64,000 nucleotides of DNA from Candidatus Latescibacterota bacterium. GTDB lineage: Bacteria; Latescibacterota; UBA2968. The stretch is from NCBI GenBank assembly GCA_965198115.1, contig OZ240241.1, positions 5,504,001 to 5,568,000 of the forward strand. The letters are read 5' to 3'. Under the pieces are notes generated by a model. The model had not been told where the DNA came from. It was given only the letters and a program-made list of their open reading frames with translations, and searched no databases. The translations under genes and the position numbers were made by a program. Shown piece by piece: positions 1 to 11,132 of this stretch (its first letter is position 1; the number at the start of each line of letters is the position of its first letter).

Positions 1-1
1 C

Positions 2-145
2 GATATGGGGATGCGCCTCGACACGAAATTGCCTGTCAGCGCGCTCCACGCAGAAATCCTTCGCGCCGGTGTGCTTTCCGGTTACGGGGATGCCGACAAC
101 AGCGCCGTCATCAAAGCCCTCGAGCACTTCATCCAGCGCGCCTGA
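2..145 (+). CDS. C-terminal fragment of NAD(P)-dependent beta-hydroxyacid dehydrogenase (GarR/MmsB-like); truncated by window edge
   Basis: Hand translation of frame 2: ...LPVSALHAEILRAGVLSGYGDADNSAVIKALE...; the G-x-G-x-x-D-x-S-A tail is typical of this family; TGA ends at 145. Confidence 0.6.
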   Translation, partial: DMGMRLDTKLPVSALHAEILRAGVLSGYGDADNSAVIKALEHFIQRA

Positions 146-181
146 GTTCCCTTATTCCAGATTCCCGATGTTCGACTCTCG

Positions 182-1135
182 ATGAAAACTCTCCTCGACC
201 CCCGGCTGGCCGCTAAAGGATGCGGTCGCCTCGAACGTGCCTATCCGGATCACGAATTCGTCTTGCTGAAGAAGAACGAAGATTCCGTGCGACACGCCGC
301 CAATGCGGAAGTTCTGTGCTCGATGCCCACGGGCGCGTTCGTCCAGGCAGCGTCGAACCTCCGATGGATTCAGGTCCTGACAGCCGGCATCAACAACCTG
401 CCTTTCGACCTCATCGTCGAACGTGAGATCCAAGTGACGAACGCGGCCGGCAACTATGCTCCGAATATGGCCGACCACACGATGGCCTTCATCCTAATGC
501 TCAGTCGCGACATCGATCGCGTGCGCAGACAACTGAGCGCCGAGGGTTGGCCCAAGGTCAAGGGCACGCCCGATCCGGGCGAGCTTACGGGTCAGACGCT
601 CCTCGTCGTCGGTCTTGGCGGCATCGGTCTCGAAACAGCAAAACGCGCGGCAGCGTTCGGAATGCGCGTGATCGCCACGCGGCGCCGCACAGATCGTCCG
701 GTTCCAGATTGTGTCGAAGCCGTCCAGCCACACGACGCGCTTTCCGGCCTGCTGCCACAGGCTGACTGGGTCGCCGTCTGCGTTCCCCACACGTCTGAAA
801 CCGTCGACCTGATCCGCGACCGGGAATTCGCCCTGATGAAGAAAACAGCCCACATCCTGTGCACCACGCGAGGAGGCATTATCAACACCGACGCCCTGAT
901 CCGTGCGCTCGACGCTGATCAAATCGCCGGCGCCGGCCTCGATGTCACCGACCCCGAACCCCTTCCGATGGATCATCCCCTCTGGACCTACGAGAACGTG
1001 ATCATCACACCGCATACGTCCGGTTACGCCGAAAGTGCCAACCAGCGCCTCGAGGACCTCGTCGTCGAAAACATCGGAAGGTATCTGGCTGGAGATCCTC
1101 TGCGGAACCCGATCAACCTCGAATTGAGATACTGA
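182..1135 (+). CDS. D-isomer-specific 2-hydroxyacid dehydrogenase
   Basis: Rossmann VGLGGIG, TTRGG, GAGLDVTDPEPL and catalytic ITPHTSG motifs. Confidence 0.92.
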   Translation: MKTLLDPRLAAKGCGRLERAYPDHEFVLLKKNEDSVRHAANAEVLCSMPTGAFVQAASNLRWIQVLTAGINNLPFDLIVEREIQVTNAAGNYAPNMADHTMAFILMLSRDIDRVRRQLSAEGWPKVKGTPDPGELTGQTLLVVGLGGIGLETAKRAAAFGMRVIATRRRTDRPVPDCVEAVQPHDALSGLLPQADWVAVCVPHTSETVDLIRDREFALMKKTAHILCTTRGGIINTDALIRALDADQIAGAGLDVTDPEPLPMDHPLWTYENVIITPHTSGYAESANQRLEDLVVENIGRYLAGDPLRNPINLELRY

Positions 1136-1136
1136 C

Positions 1137-1601
1137 GTGGACTACGACATACGCCGAATCGGACTCGAAGACATCGACACATTCATTCACTTTCGAGAAT
1201 GTATGTTCAGGGAAGTCGGCTTGGGCGACGGCGTGGAGGCAATGAGCCGTGACAGCGTGAGCTATTTCGAAGAGAAGATTCCAACAGATGAGTTCGTTGG
1301 CTGGCTGGCCGAAACGCCCGACGGCAAAGCCGCGGCGTCAGCCGGCCTGTCGATCTACCACCTCTCCCCCAAGCCGATGAACATCCGCGGGAAGTACGGC
1401 TACGTTTCCAGCTTCTACACGATGGAACCCCACCGTCGCAGAGGCCTTGCCAAACGGCTGCTCGACGAGGTGATTGGTTACGCGCGTCAGATCGAACTTC
1501 CAGTCTTGAAACTCCACGCCTCGCCCTACGGAAAACCGATCTATTTGGAAGCGGGCTTTGAGGATCTGAATGAAATGGGGTTAGGGTTCGCGAATAAATA
1601 A
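1137..1601 (+). CDS. GNAT family N-acetyltransferase; last codons and stop supplied by the adjacent IS
   Basis: Acetyl-CoA motif YTMEPHRRRGLAKRLL, and LHASPYGKPIYLEAGF. Confidence 0.88.
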   Translation: MDYDIRRIGLEDIDTFIHFRECMFREVGLGDGVEAMSRDSVSYFEEKIPTDEFVGWLAETPDGKAAASAGLSIYHLSPKPMNIRGKYGYVSSFYTMEPHRRRGLAKRLLDEVIGYARQIELPVLKLHASPYGKPIYLEAGFEDLNEMGLGFANK

Positions 1602-2876
1602 CGGTCGATCTCAATGTTGAGCCATTGGCCGGATCGTGTAGTTCCAGTCGCCGTGGAAATCGTGCGGAGTGAGATCGATTTGGGTCATCTGTTCATCGGT
1701 CACCTTGACCCCGTTAGGGTAGGGTCGCTTGTCGATCTCGGAGCGTACTCGGAGACCGGCTTGAGTGGTCGTTCCGGCAATGAGATTCACGGTTGCAGCC
1801 AGGCTGACCAGGGGCTTGCCTCGCCAGTTCATAGCGATGAAGGAGAACAGGCGATGTTCGATCTTGTTCCACTTACTAGTGCCAGGAGGGTAGTGGCATA
1901 CGGTGATCGTCAGGCCAGTGCGATTCGCAAAGCGCTGCAGCTCCCACTTCCACAGCCGCGTCTTGGCGCCGTTGCTGCCGCCTGCGTCCGCCGTGATTAG
2001 CAGATGCGTCGAAGTGCCGTAGGCGGGCCGTCCCATGTTCTTCCACCAACTTCGGATCGCATTCACGGCGAAGCTGGCCGTGTCGTGATCGATACCGACA
2101 CTTACCCAGCCTTCATCACGGCTCAGATCATACACTCCATAAGGGATCGCCTTGCCCTGAGCAGGCACTATGAAATCGTGTACCTTCACACGCTCCGGGT
2201 CTCCCTTGGGTCGCCATTCTCGGCCAGGATTCTTGAAGTCGCCGATCAACTCTTTCTTCTTGGTGTCCACCGAGATAACGGGAAGGCCCTGCTGCTGCTG
2301 CTGGCTAATCCGATCATCGAGGTAAACGAACTGAGCGTCCCGATCCGGGTGTGCAGATCCCTCCCTTGTCTTCCGATTCGCCTGCAGCGTGTAATCGTGT
2401 TCGTGCAGGAGATTGGCAACGATCCTGGGGCTCACCGAATGCCCCATCGCTTGCAACTCGGCGGCCAGTTTGCGAGTGCTCTTCGATGTCCATCTCAGAG
2501 GATTGTCGTCAGGCGACCCCGCAGTCGTTGGCTCGACCAGATCATTCAGGTCCTGCCACAGCGTCGGGTCCGTGTCGGCCTTCCGCTTACGACCGCCGCC
2601 TGGACGCCGGATGCGAGCCGGGTCCAAAGGTTCGTCCGACCTCAACTCCTGAATGCCACGAAAGATCCGCTCTCTGGACATTCCTGTCGCCAGAGCCACA
2701 ATCGCGATCCCACCGTGACCCAACGCTTCGGCTTCCGTGGCGGCCCACAGACGACGCGTGCGTTCCGTCAGCACCGGAGCCAAGGCTTCATACTTCGTTC
2801 GGAGAGTTTCGACGTCCACACTCCGAGCGTAAGATCATTACCTTGAAAAGTGCAGCACTTATTTCGTGGCAAACCC
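1584..2876 (-). mobile_element. ISAzo13-family insertion sequence
   Basis: Imperfect 18-bp terminal IRs (gggttcgcgaataaataa 1584-1601 vs revcomp of 2859-2876, 14/18 match); TTA duplicated at 1581-1583 and 2877-2879; single transposase gene. Confidence 0.9.
1611..2819 (-). CDS. ISAzo13-family DDE transposase
   Basis: ISVDTKKKELIG, LLITADAGGSNG, HYPPGTSKWNKIEHRLFS and FHGDWNYTI motifs. Confidence 0.93.
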   Translation of the reverse strand: MDVETLRTKYEALAPVLTERTRRLWAATEAEALGHGGIAIVALATGMSRERIFRGIQELRSDEPLDPARIRRPGGGRKRKADTDPTLWQDLNDLVEPTTAGSPDDNPLRWTSKSTRKLAAELQAMGHSVSPRIVANLLHEHDYTLQANRKTREGSAHPDRDAQFVYLDDRISQQQQQGLPVISVDTKKKELIGDFKNPGREWRPKGDPERVKVHDFIVPAQGKAIPYGVYDLSRDEGWVSVGIDHDTASFAVNAIRSWWKNMGRPAYGTSTHLLITADAGGSNGAKTRLWKWELQRFANRTGLTITVCHYPPGTSKWNKIEHRLFSFIAMNWRGKPLVSLAATVNLIAGTTTQAGLRVRSEIDKRPYPNGVKVTDEQMTQIDLTPHDFHGDWNYTIRPMAQH

Positions 2877-3009
2877 TTAGTATTGTAAAAATCGATTGGT
2901 GGCATACCATTTGCCCTGCGTTGCTACGAGCGGGCGAGATGGCGAGCAGACGTGGCGATTGCTTTCGCCAAATCGCTTGGGATCAGCACTCATAGCGACG
3001 GGGGGATAG

Positions 3010-3396
3010 ATGGCGACAATCAGACACCACAGTGAGCTTGAGGTGTACAAGATTGCATTCGAATCAGCGATGCGCATTTTTGAACTTACCAAACAGTTTC
3101 CGGCTGAAGAGCGTTACGCTCTGACCGATCAGATCCGACGCGCGTCCCGCAACGTCTGTGCGAATATCACGGAGGCCTGGCGAAAACGAAGATATCGCGG
3201 CTCATTCATACTCCGACTATCTGATGCCGATACGGAGGCTGCGGAAACAACAACGTGGATTGAGTTCGCGCACGCCTGCCGTTACATTGACGATGTTGCA
3301 GAGGCCGATCTGTCAGACCGATACGACCACATTCAGGCTATCCTCGTCAAGTTGATGACCAAACCCTCACAATGGATCTTGAAGCCGCTACATTGA
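3010..3396 (+). CDS. Four-helix-bundle protein (23S rRNA IVP / TIGR02436-like)
   Basis: LEVYK...FPAEERYALTDQIRRASRNVCANITEAWRKRRY signature. Confidence 0.9.
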   Translation: MATIRHHSELEVYKIAFESAMRIFELTKQFPAEERYALTDQIRRASRNVCANITEAWRKRRYRGSFILRLSDADTEAAETTTWIEFAHACRYIDDVAEADLSDRYDHIQAILVKLMTKPSQWILKPLH

Positions 3397-3443
3397 CACG
3401 CCTGCTCTCCCCAACGCCTGCTCGGACTTGAAAGGCTCTTTCA

Positions 3444-4208
3444 ATGCATCGCAACTCGATGAAGCAAAAACTCCTCTCCGGCTCCCCCGCCTTCGGCGTC
3501 TCCATCATGATCCCCTCTCCCCAGCTCGTCGAGATGGTCGGGAAACTCAGGTTCGACTGGGTGTTGATCGACTGTGAGCACGGGACGATCAATCCAGAAA
3601 CGGTCGAGACACTCGCGATGGCGGCGACATCGGTGGGGCTCACACCGATCGCCAGACCGCGCACGAAGGACCCGGCCGACATCCAGCAGGTGATGGATCG
3701 GGGGGTGATGGGCGTGCAGGTGCCGCACGTTATCACCGCCGACGACGCGCGTGCGGTCGTCAACGCCGTGAAGTATCACCCGATCGGCACGCGGGGGTTG
3801 GCCGCTGGAACACGACCGGCGGGCTACGGGTTCGGCATCACACAGTCGGAATACATCGAGCAGGCCAATCGAGAATCACTCGTCTGTGTCCAGTTCGAAG
3901 ACAAGGAAGCACTCGACCACGTCGACGAAGTCCTCGCAGTCGACCACATCAATGTTTTCTTCGTCGGACCGTCCGACCTTTCTCAATCGATGGGTCATCC
4001 CGGCCAGTATGACGAGCCCAGTGTCGCGGCCGCCATCCAATCGACGTTCGAGAAAACCCTCGCTGCCGGCAAGATCGCGGGTACGACAGCCAACATCGAC
4101 AAAGTCAAAGCGACACTCACCCGTGGTGTTCTCTATATGTACACGCACGTGCCGAAACTCATTGGCGCCGCTGTCGAAGACTATTGGGCGGCCACAGGAG
4201 TGAAATGA
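3444..4208 (+). CDS. HpcH/HpaI aldolase family protein
   Basis: FDWVLIDCEHG, VKYHPIGTRG, VQFE and FFVGPSDLS motifs. Confidence 0.9.
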   Translation: MHRNSMKQKLLSGSPAFGVSIMIPSPQLVEMVGKLRFDWVLIDCEHGTINPETVETLAMAATSVGLTPIARPRTKDPADIQQVMDRGVMGVQVPHVITADDARAVVNAVKYHPIGTRGLAAGTRPAGYGFGITQSEYIEQANRESLVCVQFEDKEALDHVDEVLAVDHINVFFVGPSDLSQSMGHPGQYDEPSVAAAIQSTFEKTLAAGKIAGTTANIDKVKATLTRGVLYMYTHVPKLIGAAVEDYWAATGVK

Positions 4209-4936
4209 GTCGCTCATCCATCCCTACCTCCCCAGCCCCTCTGCCGACGATCGGGATCACCACGAGCCACGAAGTCGGCGCGAAGGGAAAGGTAAGCCTC
4301 TCCCTCGACGCCGATTACATATCAGCCGTCGAGCGTGCGGGCGGAGTCCCTGTCATCATACCGATACTGACCTCACGCGAGGCGATGCGCATCGCGATCT
4401 CAAAGGTCGATGCGCTGATCGTCCCGGGGGGGCCGGGTATCACCCAGGGTCTCATCGGCGACCTCCCCGATGACCTTCCTCCCGTGTCTCCCGAGCGATC
4501 GCAATCCGACCGATTCGCCCTCGAATCGGCTGCGCACGATCAGTTGCCGGTTCTCGGCATCTGCTACGGAATGCAGCTCGTCAGTGCCGTTCGTGGCGGA
4601 ACGATCTACGGCGACGTCCAGCAGGAATGCGGCGTCTGTGCCCACCATCCCCGACGAATTGAAGCCGATTCGATGTCGCACGCTGTCACCCTCGAACCTG
4701 GCACACGACTCTCAGGCACCATCTCGTCTCCAGATCCGGTCAACAGCTTCCACGTTCAGGCCGTAGCAGAACTCGGCAAGGAACTGACCCTTACGATCCA
4801 AAGCGAGGATGGATTGATCGAGGGATTCGAGTCGACGGATGGGCGTGTTGTCGGCGTCCAATTCCATCCCGAACGTCTGCCTGGCACGGTCTGGGATCAT
4901 CTCTTCACCGACCTCGTTGAGAGAGCAACAGGGTAG
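4205..4936 (+). CDS. Gamma-glutamyl-gamma-aminobutyrate hydrolase family (peptidase C26, PuuD-like)
   Basis: VLGICYGMQL nucleophile, VNSFHVQAV, GVQFHPE; ATG at 4205 overlaps the upstream TGA. Confidence 0.88.
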   Translation: MSRSSIPTSPAPLPTIGITTSHEVGAKGKVSLSLDADYISAVERAGGVPVIIPILTSREAMRIAISKVDALIVPGGPGITQGLIGDLPDDLPPVSPERSQSDRFALESAAHDQLPVLGICYGMQLVSAVRGGTIYGDVQQECGVCAHHPRRIEADSMSHAVTLEPGTRLSGTISSPDPVNSFHVQAVAELGKELTLTIQSEDGLIEGFESTDGRVVGVQFHPERLPGTVWDHLFTDLVERATG

Positions 4937-5038
4937 GAGCGACCCTCTGGTCGCGATCTCATCGGCAATCGGAAGGGGGACAGGGTATCGAAGATAAGTG
5001 GCAGCGGACCCATCGTTTGTCCAAGAAAGGCAGTCTGA

Positions 5039-5612
5039 TTGGCTCAATCCGATGCCGATAAATGGAATGCGAGATACAGTGACAGGGGCGAGGTCAACGA
5101 TTCGCCGGTTTCCTTCCTCGTCGACAACGTCCACCGACTGGGCGCCGGTAAGGCCCTGGTCCTGGCCGCCGGAACCGGTCGAAACGCCGTCTATCTTGCC
5201 GAACAGGGATTCGACGTCGCCGCCGTCGATGTATCCCGGGTCGGTCTCGACCTCTGTGAAGAGCTGGCGAAGAAACGAAACGTGGTCCTTCAGACAGTTT
5301 GCGCCGACCTCGACAGCTTCGATCTTGGTGGATCGGAGTACGACCTCATCACCAAAGATCTACTACTACCAGCCGTCGCTTTTTCCTGCCATCAGGCGAG
5401 CCCTCAAACCCGGTGGCCGTCTACTGTTCCAAACATTCTCGAAGACCCACGCCCAAGTCGGCACCTTCGGCCCACGTAACGTGGACTATCTAGCCACCCA
5501 GAGGGAAGTTATAGAGCCCTTCGGCGACGACATGTTGCTCTACGAAGACACGGTGCTCGAAGCAGATGGCGACATCGAAGCTGTCATTCGCATGATCGTC
5601 GAAAGGCGTTGA
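5039..5612 (+). pseudogene. Class I SAM-dependent methyltransferase (TehB-like), frameshifted at ~5355
   Basis: N-half KWNARY...LVLAAGTGRNAVYLAEQGFDVAAVDVS in ORF 5039; C-half YYYQPSLF...ALKPGGRLLFQTF in another frame; removing one A from accaaagatc joins them. Confidence 0.8.
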
Positions 5613-5800
5613 CGATGCACCGCCAATGATTTTTCATGTGGACCGATTGACCGACTGCCCGCAAGCGATTTGGGGTCGTGCATTCGGTCCAGGGCAAAGC
5701 GTGAGTCCAGATGGCGACCGCCGGAGGGTAGTCGCCATTGGCGTTTTTGGCGCACTCCTGATACCAGTCATAACACCCCTTCACTCGGACGAGGCATAGG

Positions 5801-6658
5801 ATGAGGTTGGTTGTGACCGCACTGCTCGTGGCGACTACCGTGTTCTCCACGGCTTTTGCACAGACCTTTCGCTTTACGGCCATTCCCGATCAGAACACGG
5901 CACGTCTGAAAGAGCGCTTCGACAAGATCGCCGTCTACCTGACGAAACAGCTCGGCGTCGATGTCGAGTACATCCCCGTAAAGTCCTACGCGGCCTCCGT
6001 CGCCGCGTTCAAGAACAATGACGTCCAGCTCGCCTGGTTCGGCGGTCTCTCCGGCGTCCAGGCCCGACGTGCCGTGCCGGGCGCCTGTGCCATCGCGCAG
6101 GGCGCCGAGGATATGGCCTTCGTCACCTATTTCATCGCCAACACGACGACGGGGCTCCAGCCGTCACCCGACTTTCCGGATGCCATTAAGGGACACACGT
6201 TCACATTCGGCTCGAAGGGTTCCACGTCCGGTCGTCTGATGCCGGAATTCTTCATCCGCCAACATTACGAGATGTCTCCGAACGCCATCTTCAAGCGCGT
6301 CGGATTCAGTGGCGACCACTCCAAGACCATCGCCCTCGTGCAGTCGGGCAGCTACCAGGTCGGCGCCGTCAATTTCGCCGTCTGGGATAGGGAGGTCGCA
6401 GCGGGCATTATCGACACCAGCAAAGTTTCCGTAATCTGGAAGACACCTACCTATCCTGACTATAATTGGAGCATTCGTGGCGACACCGATACGGCCTTCG
6501 GTGACGGTTTTATCGAGCGTGTCCAAAACGCCTTGCTTTCGATGAAGGACCCAAGTCTGCTCGATTCGTTTCCACGGACCAGGTTCATCGCTGCCGACAA
6601 CGGGATGTACGAACCCATCCTCGACACGGCGATCAACGTGGGCATCATCGAAAACTAG
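5801..6658 (+). CDS. ABC transporter substrate-binding protein, PhnD-like / putative selenate family
   Basis: Signal peptide (…STAFA-QT), FTAIPDQN, LAWFGGLSGVQAR, FGSKGSTSGRLMPE, TPTYPDYNW. Confidence 0.85.
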   Translation: MRLVVTALLVATTVFSTAFAQTFRFTAIPDQNTARLKERFDKIAVYLTKQLGVDVEYIPVKSYAASVAAFKNNDVQLAWFGGLSGVQARRAVPGACAIAQGAEDMAFVTYFIANTTTGLQPSPDFPDAIKGHTFTFGSKGSTSGRLMPEFFIRQHYEMSPNAIFKRVGFSGDHSKTIALVQSGSYQVGAVNFAVWDREVAAGIIDTSKVSVIWKTPTYPDYNWSIRGDTDTAFGDGFIERVQNALLSMKDPSLLDSFPRTRFIAADNGMYEPILDTAINVGIIEN

Positions 6659-6684
6659 CGACACCGACCCTGCGATAGGCACGA

Positions 6685-7335
6685 ATGTTCCAACTCGAAA
6701 ACGCATCCGTTTCGTACAACGGTCTTCCCGTCCTTCACGACATTAGTCTCTCGATCGAGGAAGGCGAAAAGGTCGTCCTCGTCGGCCCGAGCGGAGCTGG
6801 GAAATCCACGCTGCTCAGGAAGCTCTACGACTTACAAAGGGGGCGCTCCGCCTTTATTCACCAGGACTACGCGCTCGTACCCCAGCTGTCGACATTCCAC
6901 AATGTCTATATGGGAAAGCTGGACCAGCACGGTGTGTTCTACAACGGCCTGAACCTGGCATTTCCCCAAAGACGTGAGCTCGAGGCCGTCTCACCACTTC
7001 TAGCGGCCCTCAACCTGGCAGACAAATTGCACGACCGGGTTTCCGAGCTCTCCGGGGGGCAACAGCAGCGCGTGGCCGTTGCACGGGCGCTCCATCGTGA
7101 TGCGGAGGTTGTGTTCGGCGACGAGCCCGTCTCGGCCGTCGATCCCCATCAGTCCGATGCTGTGCTCGTCCTGCTGAGGCAGAAGTCACATACGTTGATC
7201 CTCGCAATGCACGACGTGGAGTTGGCCCTCAAGCATTTCGATCGGATCATCGGCCTCCGTCACGGCCGCGTTGTTTTCGACGCGTCCTCCTCCGACGTTG
7301 GCGAAGATCGCCTGACCGAGCTCTTCGCCTCGTGA
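6685..7335 (+). CDS. ABC transporter ATP-binding protein (PhnC-like)
   Basis: GPSGAGKST, LSGGQQQRVAVAR, GDEPVSAVDP. Confidence 0.9.
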   Translation: MFQLENASVSYNGLPVLHDISLSIEEGEKVVLVGPSGAGKSTLLRKLYDLQRGRSAFIHQDYALVPQLSTFHNVYMGKLDQHGVFYNGLNLAFPQRRELEAVSPLLAALNLADKLHDRVSELSGGQQQRVAVARALHRDAEVVFGDEPVSAVDPHQSDAVLVLLRQKSHTLILAMHDVELALKHFDRIIGLRHGRVVFDASSSDVGEDRLTELFAS

Positions 7336-8825
7336 GCCGCACAAGCCTGATCCTCCTCGGCATCGCGATCGTCTGTTGTGCCATCGCCGACATTGAAATC
7401 ACCACGCTCCATCCCTGGGGCGAAATGCGCCGAATGGCATTAGGCGCCCTCACGCCAGATCCGTCCGTTCTCTACACCTTTCGCCACGCGTTGCTGAACA
7501 CCGTCACCTTCGCCATCTGCGGGATCACGGTGGGAGTCATTGCGGGCAGCATCCTTTCCGCCGGGTTTCATCGCACGCCGATTCGTCTTTTCTGCGCGTT
7601 CATCCGTGCGATCCACGAAATCTTCTGGGCCTTTCTCTTCTTGCCCGTTGTCGGTCTCAATCCCGTCTGCGGCATCCTGGCCATCGGTATCCCGTATGCA
7701 GGTGTTTTCGCGAAGGTCTACTCCGAAATCTGGCAGGAAGCCGATCGCCGTCCGCTCCGTGGGTTGCCGGCAGGAGCAGGAGGGCTCTCACGTTTTCTCT
7801 ACGGTTTGTTGCCCCTGACCTGGCGCGGTCTCCACCACTACACGTCCTACCGATTCGAGTGCGCGCTCAGGTCCAGCGCAGTGCTCGGATTCATCGGACT
7901 CCCCACGCTCGGCTTCCATCTCGAAACGGCCTTCCGGGAAGGGCTTTATTCCGAGGCAGCCGTCCTGCTTTACGCGTTTTACCTGCTCATCGCATCGCTG
8001 CGCTATTGGATCAAGCCCAGACTCGTGCCGATCTACGTGGTGGTTTCCGCATCCCTCGTCGGTACCGCCACCCGACTGTCCTGGGCGAACGTAGAGCGTT
8101 TCTTCACGTATGAGATCGTGCCCTGGCCGATGCGTCGAGATGGATTCCTCGCTGGATCTGGCGACCTGTCATTGCCTGTGGATCAGACCTGGGTCTGGCT
8201 CATCGATCGATTCACGGATCAAGCCCTCCCCGGCATCTACCAGACGGTTGTGTTGACGCAAGTTGCCCTCGCGGCGACGGGCATCCTCACCCTCGTGGTA
8301 TTTCCCGGCATCAGCCGCCACTTCGTAGTGCCCTTTTTTTCCCGATTATGGCACTACGTCCTCATCGTCGTTCGAACCACGCCGGAATACATCCTCGCCT
8401 ACATCTTCGTGCAGCTGTGGGGGCCCTCCCTGCTGCCCGCTGTCGTAGCCATCGCTTTGCACAACGGAGCGATTCTGGCCTATCTCACGGGCCAACACGC
8501 TGACGGTCTTCGCCTCAGGCTCGATGCACCGGCTCGAAAGCTCGATCGCTACGGGTTCGAGGTCTTGCCCCGTGTCTACGGCCAGTTTCTGGCGTTTCTC
8601 TTCTATCGCTGGGAAATTATGATGCGCGAATCGGCCATTCTGGGGATCCTGGGTATCACGACGCTCGGATTCTTCATCGACAGCGCAATCGCCGAAGACA
8701 AGATGGACCAGGTCGTTCTGCTTCTGCTCGTCACTGCAATCCTCAATATGGGCGTCGACACCCTGTCGCAACGGATTCGGAGGGAACTGCATATTTCCAT
8801 CGGCGACATTAAAACCGTCGAGTAG
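7332..8825 (+). CDS. ABC transporter permease with two PhnE-like domains
   Basis: Two repeats of the YRFE/YRWE..R.SA.LG..G..TLG motif; many transmembrane segments. Confidence 0.88.
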   Translation: MSRTSLILLGIAIVCCAIADIEITTLHPWGEMRRMALGALTPDPSVLYTFRHALLNTVTFAICGITVGVIAGSILSAGFHRTPIRLFCAFIRAIHEIFWAFLFLPVVGLNPVCGILAIGIPYAGVFAKVYSEIWQEADRRPLRGLPAGAGGLSRFLYGLLPLTWRGLHHYTSYRFECALRSSAVLGFIGLPTLGFHLETAFREGLYSEAAVLLYAFYLLIASLRYWIKPRLVPIYVVVSASLVGTATRLSWANVERFFTYEIVPWPMRRDGFLAGSGDLSLPVDQTWVWLIDRFTDQALPGIYQTVVLTQVALAATGILTLVVFPGISRHFVVPFFSRLWHYVLIVVRTTPEYILAYIFVQLWGPSLLPAVVAIALHNGAILAYLTGQHADGLRLRLDAPARKLDRYGFEVLPRVYGQFLAFLFYRWEIMMRESAILGILGITTLGFFIDSAIAEDKMDQVVLLLLVTAILNMGVDTLSQRIRRELHISIGDIKTVE

Positions 8826-8948
8826 CAAGTGTCTGTTTTGAAGCCGGATTGAGTCCAGCAGTCAGGGAACGTATCTTGAGACGCTCAGGATATGTGAAGA
8901 CGCCTACGGGCGTTGCGACGGTCCGACGTGATAGCAAGGGAGGTCTCG

Positions 8949-9667
8949 ATATATCGATCAGAGACGCTGGATGTTCAGGGCAACCCGATGCACACCCTCG
9001 TCTTCGAGCCGAGTGGCAGTGGGCCGCATCCTGGCTTGCTGATTGCACAGCACCTGCCCGTCGCCCACGAGGGACTCGAAAAGGATCCGTTCACACTCGA
9101 CGTCGGTGAGCGTTACGCTGCGGCTGGCTACGTTTGCGTCATCCCTTTCATCTTCCACTGGTGGCCGGATGACGAGGACATCGCCGTCAAGCGCGATGCG
9201 TTCCGAGACGATTGGACCGTCGCAGATCTGGAAGCGGCATTTACGTTGTTGGCTGGAATGGACTCGGTCAACGAGAACAGGACCGGCATTCTCGGTCACT
9301 GCTGGGGCGGTCGCGTCGCGTGGCTTGGTGCGTGTCACATCGAAACGCTGGCCGCGTGCGCCGTCTTCTACGGCGGCCGCATCAAGGTCCCATTCGCAGA
9401 CGGTGGCCCCGCGCCCATCGAGCTAGCGGATCGAATCGCGTGTCCTGTGCTCGGCATCTTTGGAAACGAGGACGCGGGCCCTTCACCCGAGGATGTGGAC
9501 GACTACGAACAGGCACTGAAGGACGCCAAAGTAGCTCACGAATTTCATCGCTACGACGGGGCCGGCCACGGGTTCCAGGACCACACCAACCCCGAACGCT
9601 ATCGCCAGGATCAGTCGGAGAACACTTGGAAAAGGCCATCGCCTTCTTTGATCACCACTTGAAGTAG
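8949..9667 (+). pseudogene. Dienelactone hydrolase family protein; ATA at the expected start and frameshift near 9628
   Basis: GHCWGG nucleophile, GAGHGF; RBS aagggagg at 8936-8943 precedes ATA 8949; C-terminal EKAIAFFDHHLK lies in another frame ending 9667. Confidence 0.78.
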
Positions 9668-9731
9668 TGCGACCGGTGGGAGCGGAGACCAAAGGTCCCG
9701 CCGTGAACACATCGCACCTACGCACAAATCA

Positions 9732-9764
9732 AGGGCCCGCGAGTCACTTCGACTCACGGGCCCT
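9732..9764. terminator. Hairpin between convergent genes (probable terminator)
   Basis: agggcccgcgagtc-acttc-gactcacgggccct stem. Confidence 0.6.
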
Positions 9765-9876
9765 CTCCTGATGTGGCTCCCCACGTCTCACACCCACACC
9801 AGATCGATCTCTAACTATTCTTCTCTGCACTCGAGAAGTGCGATTCCTCTCGCTCAGGGATCTCTTTCCTGTCCCT

Positions 9877-11037
<1,161 letters not shown>

Positions 11038-11132
11038 TCGTTGCGTCCCCCCCGGTTCAACTCTATCGATTCAAGGCGTGATTCAAGCCTCGCTCCGGTC
11101 AATCCTTCGTAGCTACGCGCCTTGTGTTCGCA

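Noticed and set aside
3010-3396. DGR accessory (Avd) or 23S rRNA intervening sequence
   Set aside because: No reverse transcriptase, template/variable repeat pair or rRNA in the window.
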